Positions 42,434 through 50,270 of a stretch of 50,270 bases of DNA are shown in pieces. The number at the start of each line of letters is the position of its first letter. The stretch's first letter is position 1. Made by a program: the position numbers and the translations under genes. Source of the DNA: a virus; IMG/VR virus record IMGVR_UViG_3300035130_000222, positions 1-50,270 of that record. One strand, 5' to 3'. The notes beneath the pieces were generated by a model. That model had not been told where the DNA came from, made no database searches, and worked only from the letters and a program-made list of their open reading frames with translations.

Positions 42434-43597
42434 GTGAAATTTGTTGAATATTCATCTATTAAAAATATCAATGATAGTAAATTTATTGATAAAATTTATA
42501 ATCAATGCTATGGTGATAATTTATATATTGTTTTAGAAAAAGCGCATGGCGCTAATTTTGCAATTTATTTTGACGGTAAGCAATTCAGATGCGCGTCAAG
42601 AGATAGATTTCTTAATTTTATATTAAATTTAGATGATGAAAACATTTTACAACTAGATGAGTTTAATCGAGTTTGTGAAAATTCTGAAGGTTTTTTTGGA
42701 TATAAATATATTTTATATTTTATCTTGCCTAGAATTGTAGAGTATTATAAATTTTTAAAAAATTTTGAAAAAATAGATCAGCTTATTATTTATGGAGAAT
42801 TAATAGGAGCAAATTATCAGCACGATGATTTTAAAATTATAAATAAAAAATATAATCTGAGAAAAGTTCAAAAAGGTGTATTTTATTCTCCAGTTCCAAC
42901 TTTTTATATTTTTGATATAAAAATCAATAATAAATATTTAGGATATTATAAGTTTGAGAATGTTTGCGCTAGATTTTTTTCAAAAAAATTTAAAATTAAT
43001 GATAATGATAATGAGTGTCAAAAAATATTTAAAAAATATAGTATTTGTTATGCATATAAATTATTTAGCGGATCATTGAAAGATTGCATCAAGTTTAATA
43101 ATGAATATGAATCATCAATACCTAGCATTCTTGGATTGCCAAAAATTGATAATAATATATGCGAAGGTAATATTATTAAGCCTGTTAATGATCTATATTT
43201 AGCATGTGGATCTAGAATTATATTAAAAAATAAAAATATTAAATTTGCTGAAAAACAAAAAGAGAAAAAAAATAGTATAAGAATAGAAGATATATCAGAA
43301 CAAGCTCAAAATTTATTAGATATATTATTAACATATGTTAATATGAATAGATTAAATAATGTGATATCGCATATTGGAGAAGTTACAATTAATGATTTTG
43401 GTAATTTGATGAAAGAATTAAATAAAGATATTTTAGATGATTTTTATTATTATTGTGCTGAGAATAATTTTGATTATCTTACAAAAGATGAACAAAAATT
43501 TTTACGCAAAGAATTAAATAGAAATTGTGCAAATTTAATAAAAGAATATTTTACGAGTAATAAACAATTAATTTTAAAACAAAGACAGCAGAAGTGA
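42434..43597 (+). CDS. Rnl2-family ATP-dependent RNA ligase, GTG start
   Basis: Nucleotidyltransferase motifs in order: I LEKAHGANF, III IIYGELIGANY, IV CEGNIIKP, V RIILKNKNIKF. The lysine position (about aa 36) is like T4 Rnl2. Confidence 0.75.
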   Translation: MKFVEYSSIKNINDSKFIDKIYNQCYGDNLYIVLEKAHGANFAIYFDGKQFRCASRDRFLNFILNLDDENILQLDEFNRVCENSEGFFGYKYILYFILPRIVEYYKFLKNFEKIDQLIIYGELIGANYQHDDFKIINKKYNLRKVQKGVFYSPVPTFYIFDIKINNKYLGYYKFENVCARFFSKKFKINDNDNECQKIFKKYSICYAYKLFSGSLKDCIKFNNEYESSIPSILGLPKIDNNICEGNIIKPVNDLYLACGSRIILKNKNIKFAEKQKEKKNSIRIEDISEQAQNLLDILLTYVNMNRLNNVISHIGEVTINDFGNLMKELNKDILDDFYYYCAENNFDYLTKDEQKFLRKELNRNCANLIKEYFTSNKQLILKQRQQK

Positions 43598-43603
43598 TGA
43601 AAT

Positions 43604-44878
43604 ATGCGAATAGAACAAGTTGACATAAAAAAAATAAAACCATATGAGAATAATCCAAGAATCAATAAAAAATCTATTGATAAGGTTGCTAATAGTTTAT
43701 TAGCATATGGTTGGAGACAACCAATCGTTGTTGATAAGAATATGATTATTGTTGCTGGTCATACAAGATTTTCTGCTGCAAGGCAATTAAAATTAAATAA
43801 AGTGCCTGTGCATATCGCAGATAATCTTAATGAGCAACAGATAAAAGCATACAGATTGGCTGATAATAGATCTGCTGATGACTCAGAATGGAATTTTGAT
43901 GCATTAAAAATAGAGCTAGAATCTTTGATTGATTTTGATCCACAAGTTGATTTAGCTATTACAACATGTTTTGATCAAAGCGAAATAAATTCTATTATGG
44001 AAGATGATAAATTAAAAACTGATCTAGATAAAAATGATGAGATTTTATTTGAAAATAATAGTTTTGATCTTGATAAAATTGTAACTAAAGAAGGTATGGT
44101 TTGGGTGTTGGATAAACATAAAATAATTTGTGGTGATTCAACTAAAAAAGAAACATTTACTAAATTATTTAATAACTCAAAAAATGATAATATAGATAAA
44201 GCAGATATGATATTTACTGATCCTCCATATAATGTTGATTATGAAGGGCATAAAAAAATAAGAGATAAAATATCTAATGATAAAATGACAGATGATAATT
44301 TCTTTTGTTTTTTAAAAAATGTTTTTGATAATATATATAATTTTATAAAAGATGATGCATCATTATATATTTGTTATTCAACTTCTGAAACATCAAATTT
44401 TTTAAAAGCATTAGATAACAATAAATTTAATATTATAAATATTATTATATGGGCTAAAAATCATTTTGTTATAAGTTTTGGTAGGTATAATAGACAATAT
44501 GAGCCTATTATTTATGCTTATAAGAAAAATAAAACAGATAAATGGTATGGTGATAATACACAATGTGATTTATGGAATTTTAATGTTTATAAAAGTTCTA
44601 GTTTACATCCAACGATGAAACCAGTTGCTTTAATAAAAAAATCGTTAATCAATAGTAGTAAAAATAATAATGTTATTTTAGATCCATTTTTAGGTAGCGG
44701 ATCAACATTAATTGCATGTGAAGATATGAGTCGTATATGCTATGGAATTGAATTAGAACCTAAATATGTAGATACTGTTATTCAAAGATGGCAATTTTTA
44801 ACAAAAAAAGATGCTATGTTAGAAAATGGTCGATCATATAATCAATTAAAGGATATGTTGAAAAATGACAAGCGGTGA
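43604..44878 (+). CDS. ParB-like nuclease domain fused to a beta-class N6-adenine/N4-cytosine DNA methyltransferase
   Basis: N-terminal IKPYENNPR ... VAGHTRFSAARQL (ParB-N), then TDPPYN (motif IV) before DPFLGSGST (motif I). Confidence 0.8.
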   Translation: MRIEQVDIKKIKPYENNPRINKKSIDKVANSLLAYGWRQPIVVDKNMIIVAGHTRFSAARQLKLNKVPVHIADNLNEQQIKAYRLADNRSADDSEWNFDALKIELESLIDFDPQVDLAITTCFDQSEINSIMEDDKLKTDLDKNDEILFENNSFDLDKIVTKEGMVWVLDKHKIICGDSTKKETFTKLFNNSKNDNIDKADMIFTDPPYNVDYEGHKKIRDKISNDKMTDDNFFCFLKNVFDNIYNFIKDDASLYICYSTSETSNFLKALDNNKFNIINIIIWAKNHFVISFGRYNRQYEPIIYAYKKNKTDKWYGDNTQCDLWNFNVYKSSSLHPTMKPVALIKKSLINSSKNNNVILDPFLGSGSTLIACEDMSRICYGIELEPKYVDTVIQRWQFLTKKDAMLENGRSYNQLKDMLKNDKR

Positions 44879-45236
44879 ACACCCAAATTGTAGACGTGCT
44901 GACAAAAAAAATTTAAAACCTTTTAAAAAAGGTGAGAATATAACGCACGGAAAAACTGGAAAAAGAATATCAACACGATTAAAAGAAATCCTAAATAAAA
45001 ATTTAACGCTAAAAAATCCTTTTACTCATGAAATGGAAAAAAAAACAGGCAGTGAATGGGTTGCGTTAATGATAGTTGCGCATGCGTTAAAAGGTAATTC
45101 AAAAGCAATGGAAATTTTGCTTGATCGCACAGAAGGAAAAGTATTAAGCAAAGTTGATATGTCAGTATCTGAATCAATGTCAATTCAGATAATTAAACAG
45201 CAAATACGTTTAAAAAATGATAAAAACTGCAAATGA
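44865..45236 (+). CDS. Terminase small subunit candidate
   Basis: Immediately upstream of, and overlapping, the large terminase gene. Basic N-terminus with NLKPFKKGENITHGKTGK. Confidence 0.45.
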   Translation: MTSGEHPNCRRADKKNLKPFKKGENITHGKTGKRISTRLKEILNKNLTLKNPFTHEMEKKTGSEWVALMIVAHALKGNSKAMEILLDRTEGKVLSKVDMSVSESMSIQIIKQQIRLKNDKNCK

Positions 45237-46710
45237 ATTTAAAAATGAATTTAATTGTAGTCAGGACATATATGATGCAGCAATTTATGCGATACGTCTT
45301 GAAGATAGCTTTTATGAATTTTATAAAGAAGCATGGTGTGTTTTGCATGATAAAAGTATTCCATTAATTAAAATCCCATTAGTTAAAATTTTATGCGATC
45401 ATTTACAGACTTTGTACGATTGGCATGCTGGTAAAATAACTGATATAACATTTAACCGTATAGCGATTGCAGTCCCGCCTGGTTTATCAAAAAGTCTAAG
45501 TGTTTGCGTTGCATTTCCTGCGTGGGTATGGACAAAGGAACCATCTGCTAAATTTATGAGTGGTTCTTACAATGAATCATTTGCAACAAGAGATGCTCGT
45601 CGCACAAGAGATTTAATTAAAAGTGAGTGGTATCAATATTTGTGGGGTGATGTATTTAAAATTAAAGACGATCAAGATTCAAAAAAATATTATGAGAATG
45701 ATTGCGGCGGAGAAAGATTAGCATTTGGAACAAGAGGAACATTTACAGGTATCAGATGTGATTTTGCATTGTTTGACGATCCGTTAAAAATTCAAGACGC
45801 ATATTCAAAACTTGAGCGAGAAAAAATAGGAAAACTTGTTGGAAATGCTCATACAAGATTTAAAAACCCACAAACTGGAGTAATTGTAGTTATACAACAG
45901 AGATTACATGTTGATGACCCGATAGGGAGGCTTTTAAATAAAAAAAATGAAAAATGGGATTATTTGTGTATGCCAATGGAATGTGACCCATCAATAAGAT
46001 GCAAGACTCAAATTTTTGAAGATAAAAGAAAAGATGGTGAATGTTTGTGGCCTGAAAGATTCACAAAAGATTTTTTAAAAGCTGAAAAGGAAAGCATGGG
46101 ATCTCGTGATTATAATGCTCAAATACAACAACATCCAGAAAGTGAAAGCGGAAGCATTATTCATCGCGAATGGTTTAGATATTACAAGGAGTTACCTGCT
46201 GAACGTAAATTTAGAATACAAGCATATGATACAGCTTTTAAAATAAAAAAGACAAGCGATTATTCATCATGCATAACAATAGATTATATACCTCCGTATT
46301 TTTACATTGTCGGATATTGGCGCGAAAAAGTTGAAATGCCAGAATTAAAACGAAAAATACAAAACTTATATGCTAAATATAACCCTGATCAAGATATTTT
46401 AGAAGACAAGGCATCTGCACCGTCAGCTGTTCAAGAGTTAAAAAGATATACAACAATTCCGTTTAAGTTAATTAACCCACAAGGAAATAAAGAGTCAAGA
46501 TGTTATGCTGTTAGTCCAACTTTTGAAGCTGGAAAAATATTATTTCCTGATGTGTCATTTTACCCAGAAGCTGCTGAATGGCTTATTGATTTTGAAGATC
46601 ATCTTGTAAGATTTCCTAGCGAAACACATGATGACGATGTTGACGCACTAACATTGGGAATAATTTATCTTAAAGATAAATTTAAGCAACCAAAATTATA
46701 TTCTCTTTAA
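45217..46710 (+). CDS. Terminase large subunit
   Basis: Walker A-like VPPGLSKS, Walker B-like CDFALFDDP, and the C-terminal nuclease motif HDDDVDALT. Followed by the portal gene. Confidence 0.85.
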   Translation: MIKTANEFKNEFNCSQDIYDAAIYAIRLEDSFYEFYKEAWCVLHDKSIPLIKIPLVKILCDHLQTLYDWHAGKITDITFNRIAIAVPPGLSKSLSVCVAFPAWVWTKEPSAKFMSGSYNESFATRDARRTRDLIKSEWYQYLWGDVFKIKDDQDSKKYYENDCGGERLAFGTRGTFTGIRCDFALFDDPLKIQDAYSKLEREKIGKLVGNAHTRFKNPQTGVIVVIQQRLHVDDPIGRLLNKKNEKWDYLCMPMECDPSIRCKTQIFEDKRKDGECLWPERFTKDFLKAEKESMGSRDYNAQIQQHPESESGSIIHREWFRYYKELPAERKFRIQAYDTAFKIKKTSDYSSCITIDYIPPYFYIVGYWREKVEMPELKRKIQNLYAKYNPDQDILEDKASAPSAVQELKRYTTIPFKLINPQGNKESRCYAVSPTFEAGKILFPDVSFYPEAAEWLIDFEDHLVRFPSETHDDDVDALTLGIIYLKDKFKQPKLYSL

Positions 46711-46798
46711 CAAAAAGATAAAATCCTTTATAAAAAAAAATAGATGTGTAAACTATATACTATTTATATATCTATCCTATAATAAATAAGGCGCTCTC

Positions 46799-48223
46799 AT
46801 GAAATTAAAAAATTTTTTTAAAATTCCTTTTTTTAAAAATTCAAAAAATAAAAGTAACAAAAATAATAAAAATATTATTGATATTGATTTATCAGAGACA
46901 TGTCCATCAACTTACAGAAGGCAATCATATATCGATTGGCTTATTTGTAAAAATGAAACGCAATTAGCTGCAACAACAGCAATTAAATATTTTTTCATGT
47001 GCGCTCCGTTATTTGACGGTATAGATAGAATTTCTCAAGCAATTTCTGAAATTAAACCACTTGTTTATGATATGCGACTCAAAAAATTTATTTTAGATCA
47101 TCCGTTAAATAAATTATTACAAAAACCTAACTATACAATGAATGGCGCAGAATTTATGTACGCAATATCAACGTTTATGTTGTTGACAGGCAACAATTAT
47201 ATGTTTGGTGATGGAATTAACAAAAATAAACCTCCTATGCAATTATTTTTACGCCCACCTCAAGCTGTTGATTATTTTTTAGGAACAGATGGACAGATTA
47301 ATTCTTACACAGTTCAATTAATGAACAAATTAACACAATATCAAAAAATAGTTGATATAAATTATGGATTTAGATATATAAATGAGACAAATAATATCAC
47401 ATCTGAATTATTTCATTTTAAAAATTTTAACCCAGATTGTACATTATTTAATCTCAAAGGAAATTCAGTGCTAAATTCGATTTATTACGAAATTGAACAA
47501 TATATCGCATCAGGGAGGCATAATTTATCGTTGCTTAAAAGAGGTACAACAATCAGCGGTGTTTTTTTCAGTGAAGATGATTTGTCAGACAATGCATTTG
47601 AGCAACTTAAAGCACAAATCAACGAATACTATTCTGGAGATCAAAATGCAGGAAGACCATTTTTGGCAGTTGGAGGGTTAAAATTTCAACCGAATCAACA
47701 ATCAAATAAAGATATGGATTTTAATGCGTTAACAAAAAATGTTACTGCAACTATATATAATATATTGCGCATTCCGTTGCCATTAATTGCATCTGATACA
47801 ATGACGCTTGCAAACCTTGAAGCGTCAATGACAATTTTTTATAAAAATGGTGTGTTGCCGTTGGTAAAGCGTATTTACGCTAATCTAACACAAGCTTTGC
47901 TCTCAAAATACCCAAACTCAGAAAATTTAATAATTTGGTACAATGCTAACGATATTCCAGCGCTGGAAAGTGAAATTATAGAAAATGTAAACAAAAAGAA
48001 GGATTTGGGCGTTTTAACTGCTAACGAATTAAGAGATGAGCTAGGTAGAGATCCGTTAAACGGGGGTGACGATCTATATCAACCTGCCAGCAACGTGCCA
48101 TATGCTAGCAAGACAAACGACATATTAGATGTTCAAGACAATAAACCTGATGAGTCAAATAAACCAAAAATTGATCAAAATAAACAACCGTCTGATGACG
48201 AACAAGGAAGCAATGATGCTTAA
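46799..48223 (+). CDS. Portal protein (HK97-type)
   Basis: Size, position and the central conserved region (LLKRGTTISGVF ... NAGRPFLAVGGLKFQP). Confidence 0.8.
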   Translation: MKLKNFFKIPFFKNSKNKSNKNNKNIIDIDLSETCPSTYRRQSYIDWLICKNETQLAATTAIKYFFMCAPLFDGIDRISQAISEIKPLVYDMRLKKFILDHPLNKLLQKPNYTMNGAEFMYAISTFMLLTGNNYMFGDGINKNKPPMQLFLRPPQAVDYFLGTDGQINSYTVQLMNKLTQYQKIVDINYGFRYINETNNITSELFHFKNFNPDCTLFNLKGNSVLNSIYYEIEQYIASGRHNLSLLKRGTTISGVFFSEDDLSDNAFEQLKAQINEYYSGDQNAGRPFLAVGGLKFQPNQQSNKDMDFNALTKNVTATIYNILRIPLPLIASDTMTLANLEASMTIFYKNGVLPLVKRIYANLTQALLSKYPNSENLIIWYNANDIPALESEIIENVNKKKDLGVLTANELRDELGRDPLNGGDDLYQPASNVPYASKTNDILDVQDNKPDESNKPKIDQNKQPSDDEQGSNDA

Positions 48224-49022
48224 TGCGACACAAAATGAACGCACAAAAGAAGCACAAAAACAGCACAGGTTAAAATTAACGCTTGAACTTGCATTGTACG
48301 GTTCTTTGTTACCAATTTTTCGCGGTTTTTCGACTGATTTGCGCAAACATTATGCAAAACATGGCAATATGATTCATACGCATGATTTTAGAGCAGATGT
48401 AAAAAAAAAATTAGAAAAACACTATAATAAAGTATCTGAAAAATTTGCGAAAACAATAGTCAATAAAATTGGTAAGCCTGATAATCATGATCAAATTATA
48501 GTCTCAATTTTAACAAAAACTGATATACATAATCAGTTGCGAGCTGCTGAAAGTGCAAAAATTATTGCAAACACTACACATCAAGATATGATCGAGTCAA
48601 TTATACAAGCAATAAACGAAGTTAAAACAAAAGGTGAACAAATAACGTCAAAAAACGTTGCAAATATTGCTGAAATCAGACTAAAGAAAAAAATGCATGG
48701 TAGATTAACGACAATTGCAACAACTGAGACTAATAATCCTGCAGAACATACTAAACAAACTGAAATTGATTACTTAAATCATCATGATGCAATCATTAAA
48801 AACGAAAAAATTAGAGAAAAAACAAAGAAAAAACAATGGCTTGCAATTTTAGATAAAGTTACACGTGAAACACATGCAGAATCTGACATGCAGATAGTTG
48901 ATTTTAACGATGCATATATTGTTGATGGCGAAAAATTAATGTATCCAGGAGATATGAGTTTGGGCGCATCAATTGGTAATACTATTAATTGTAGATGTTC
49001 ATCTATCATTATAATAGATTAA
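48213..49022 (+). CDS. Head morphogenesis protein (Mu F / SPP1 gp7-like)
   Basis: C-terminal WLAILDKVTRETHAESDMQ ... YPGD ... NCRCS is typical of Phage_Mu_F. Start set at the ATG after SD AAGGAAG that overlaps the portal stop. Confidence 0.75.
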   Translation: MMLNATQNERTKEAQKQHRLKLTLELALYGSLLPIFRGFSTDLRKHYAKHGNMIHTHDFRADVKKKLEKHYNKVSEKFAKTIVNKIGKPDNHDQIIVSILTKTDIHNQLRAAESAKIIANTTHQDMIESIIQAINEVKTKGEQITSKNVANIAEIRLKKKMHGRLTTIATTETNNPAEHTKQTEIDYLNHHDAIIKNEKIREKTKKKQWLAILDKVTRETHAESDMQIVDFNDAYIVDGEKLMYPGDMSLGASIGNTINCRCSSIIIID

Positions 49023-49083
49023 AAAGAGCAAAAATTTTAAAAATATTTTGACAAAATTTTATAATTAATTATGATGATCTAAT

Positions 49084-49100
49084 CATGCATGCATGCATGC
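49084..49100. repeat. (CATG)x4 + C alternating pyrimidine-purine palindromic tract
   Basis: Read directly. Lies just downstream of a TTGACA - 16 nt - TATGAT promoter-like pair (49048-49075). Confidence 0.85.
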
Positions 49101-49439
49101 AAACATGAAGCATTTTTGTTATATTTTATAAATAATTGAGTGAGTATGAATAAGACTCTTAATATCTCATGAAGTTTATTTTGTATAATTTTTGCGTATT
49201 GGTGCAAATTGATCCTCGCATACTAGACGATATGCAAATAAAATGTGGAAAGATCTTGTGTGCATGCGCCAATTTTGAGCTATAAATGAACACACCAAAA
49301 AAAACTACATTTTATTATTGTTTTTTAATCGTAGGTAAGATGGTTATGTGAATATTATTAATATACCATTTACATTTATGATTTTGTCAAAAATATTTTT
49401 TTAAAATTAATATTAAAACTTTTGCTTAAGCTATAGATC

Positions 49440-49487
49440 ATAAATAAAATTTTTCTTTCTTGATAGTGCTAATCTTTTTGCTAAGAT
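49440..49487 (+). promoter_or_regulatory. Conserved late-operon upstream motif, copy C (ATAAATAAAATTTTT ... GATAG ... T-run ... GCTAAGAT)
   Basis: Same architecture and spacing as copies A and B. Lies about 70 nt upstream of 49555. Confidence 0.45.
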
Positions 49488-49554
49488 CTGATTTAACAGG
49501 TTCTCTTTTTAATATAAGTGAATTAGTTTTGTAATAAAAAATTAAGGAGATTTT

Positions 49555-49821
49555 ATGAAGAAAAATTTATTAAACATAACAGAAATTTTGAATATGTTCT
49601 GGGAAGCGCCGAATATGGCTTTATTTGATCAACACATCATTAGTGCTGTTTTACAAAGATCAACCGCTTCGTTAGAGCGCGATCGATTTATTGGAACAGG
49701 ATTACCGTTTAAAAAAATTGGCAAACTTGTCAGATATAAAAAACAAGATGTCCTTGATTGGCTACAAGAAAATGCTCCAACGATCAATTCTACAACACAA
49801 CACCGAAACATGAGGGGGTAA
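49555..49821 (+). CDS. AlpA / excisionase-type small winged-helix DNA-binding protein
   Basis: SD AAGGAG. ASLERDRFIGTGLPFKKIGKLVRYKKQDVLDWL matches the AlpA/MerR-like small regulator pattern. Confidence 0.6.
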   Translation: MKKNLLNITEILNMFWEAPNMALFDQHIISAVLQRSTASLERDRFIGTGLPFKKIGKLVRYKKQDVLDWLQENAPTINSTTQHRNMRG

Positions 49822-49836
49822 TACGAACACAATAAA

Positions 49837-49867
49837 AAAAGTCGCTGACTCTCACCAGACGACTTTT
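49837..49867 (+). terminator. Intrinsic terminator candidate after 49555-49821
   Basis: AAAAGTCG ... CGACTTTT stem, with inner CTG/CAG pairing, followed by TTTT. Confidence 0.5.
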
Positions 49868-49997
49868 CATCATATACGCACAAATTATAACTTAAATAAC
49901 AAAACTGTCAAACCTTTTCCACCATATTGATTAACAAATATTTTTTTTACAAAATTTTTTAATTGACTATTCAAATTTTACACACTAAACTTATTAA

Positions 49998-50066
49998 GTT
50001 CATTGGATAATTATTGTTCGTTTTTACTCCTGGAAGGCTTATGACGTGTTCATAAGCCTTTTTTTA
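49998..50066 (+). ncRNA. Candidate small RNA of about 70 nt (boundaries approximate)
   Basis: TTGACT (49963-49968) - 17 nt - TAAACT (49986-49991) upstream, a strong terminator at 50034-50069, and no ORF. Contains TTTTTACTCCT, complementary to the cassette SD region. Confidence 0.3.
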
Positions 50067-50069
50067 TTT
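50034..50069 (+). terminator. Strong rho-independent terminator
   Basis: 11-bp perfect stem AAGGCTTATGA / TCATAAGCCTT, 5-nt loop CGTGT, then TTTTTATTT. Confidence 0.8.
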
Positions 50070-50082
50070 CAGATTATTTTTT

Positions 50083-50270
50083 CATTATTTTCACGATAAT
50101 CTTTCCTTGTTTTAACGAGAGGTCAAAAAGCTTACTATGTAATCGTATATTGACCTCTCAACAACTTTAATTTTTTCATTATTTTCACGATAATCTTTCC
50201 TTGTTTTAACGAGAGGTCAAAAAGCTTACTATGTAATCGTATATTGACCTCTCAACAACTTTAATTTTTT
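50083..50270. repeat. Two full copies of the 94-bp tandem repeat (50083-50176 and 50177-50270)
   Basis: Read directly. Continuous with the copies at 1-135 if the contig is circularised. Confidence 0.9.

Larger units (their letters stand above)
1..50270. mobile_element. Complete or near-complete tailed-phage genome (contractile tail, Mu-like baseplate, HK97-like head) on a terminally redundant contig
   Basis: Full set of packaging, head, tail, lysis, recombination and replication genes in phage-typical operons. nt 1-127 are identical to 50144-50270. Confidence 0.85.

Overview
The window reads as one essentially complete, very AT-rich tailed-phage genome. About 50.1 kb is unique: nt 1-127 recur exactly at 50144-50270, so the contig is circularly closed or terminally redundant.

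Gene order:
- Head module, 285-6405: prohead protease, HK97-type capsid, connector proteins.
- Contractile tail with a Mu/P2-like baseplate and two fibre genes, 7010-20254.
- Lysis genes, 20322-21886.
- Leftward early operon, 21955-30765: RecT plus a YqaJ-type exonuclease, an SMC-like ATPase and two CsrA homologues.
- Divergent control region carrying ATGTACAT palindromes.
- Rightward early region, 30945-40729: lambda O/P-like replication genes with iteron-like repeats inside the O-like gene, then three copies of a promoter-palindrome-RBS cassette driving accessory genes.
- Two-gene leftward island, 40887-41819.
- Packaging module, 42196-49022: Rnl2-like RNA ligase, ParB-methyltransferase, terminase, portal and a Mu F-like protein.

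I recognised no rRNA, tRNA, CRISPR array, integrase or transposase.

The most unusual content is a 3.2 kb array of six translationally coupled pentapeptide-repeat genes (32796-35994). It is built almost entirely from a 15-nt unit. All six genes share one 24-aa N-terminal leader, and five share a C-terminal tail that carries the next gene's RBS. The same leader is also fused to a DUF4116-type repeat protein 4 kb downstream.

Other candidates worth follow-up:
- the two phage-borne CsrA homologues;
- a membrane-anchored protein consisting only of a DnaB N-terminal domain;
- an unexplained GC-rich non-coding island upstream of the tail-fibre genes;
- a candidate small RNA carrying an anti-Shine-Dalgarno stretch;
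- 94-bp tandem repeats at the contig junction.

All functional calls come from motif recognition by eye. No database search was run.
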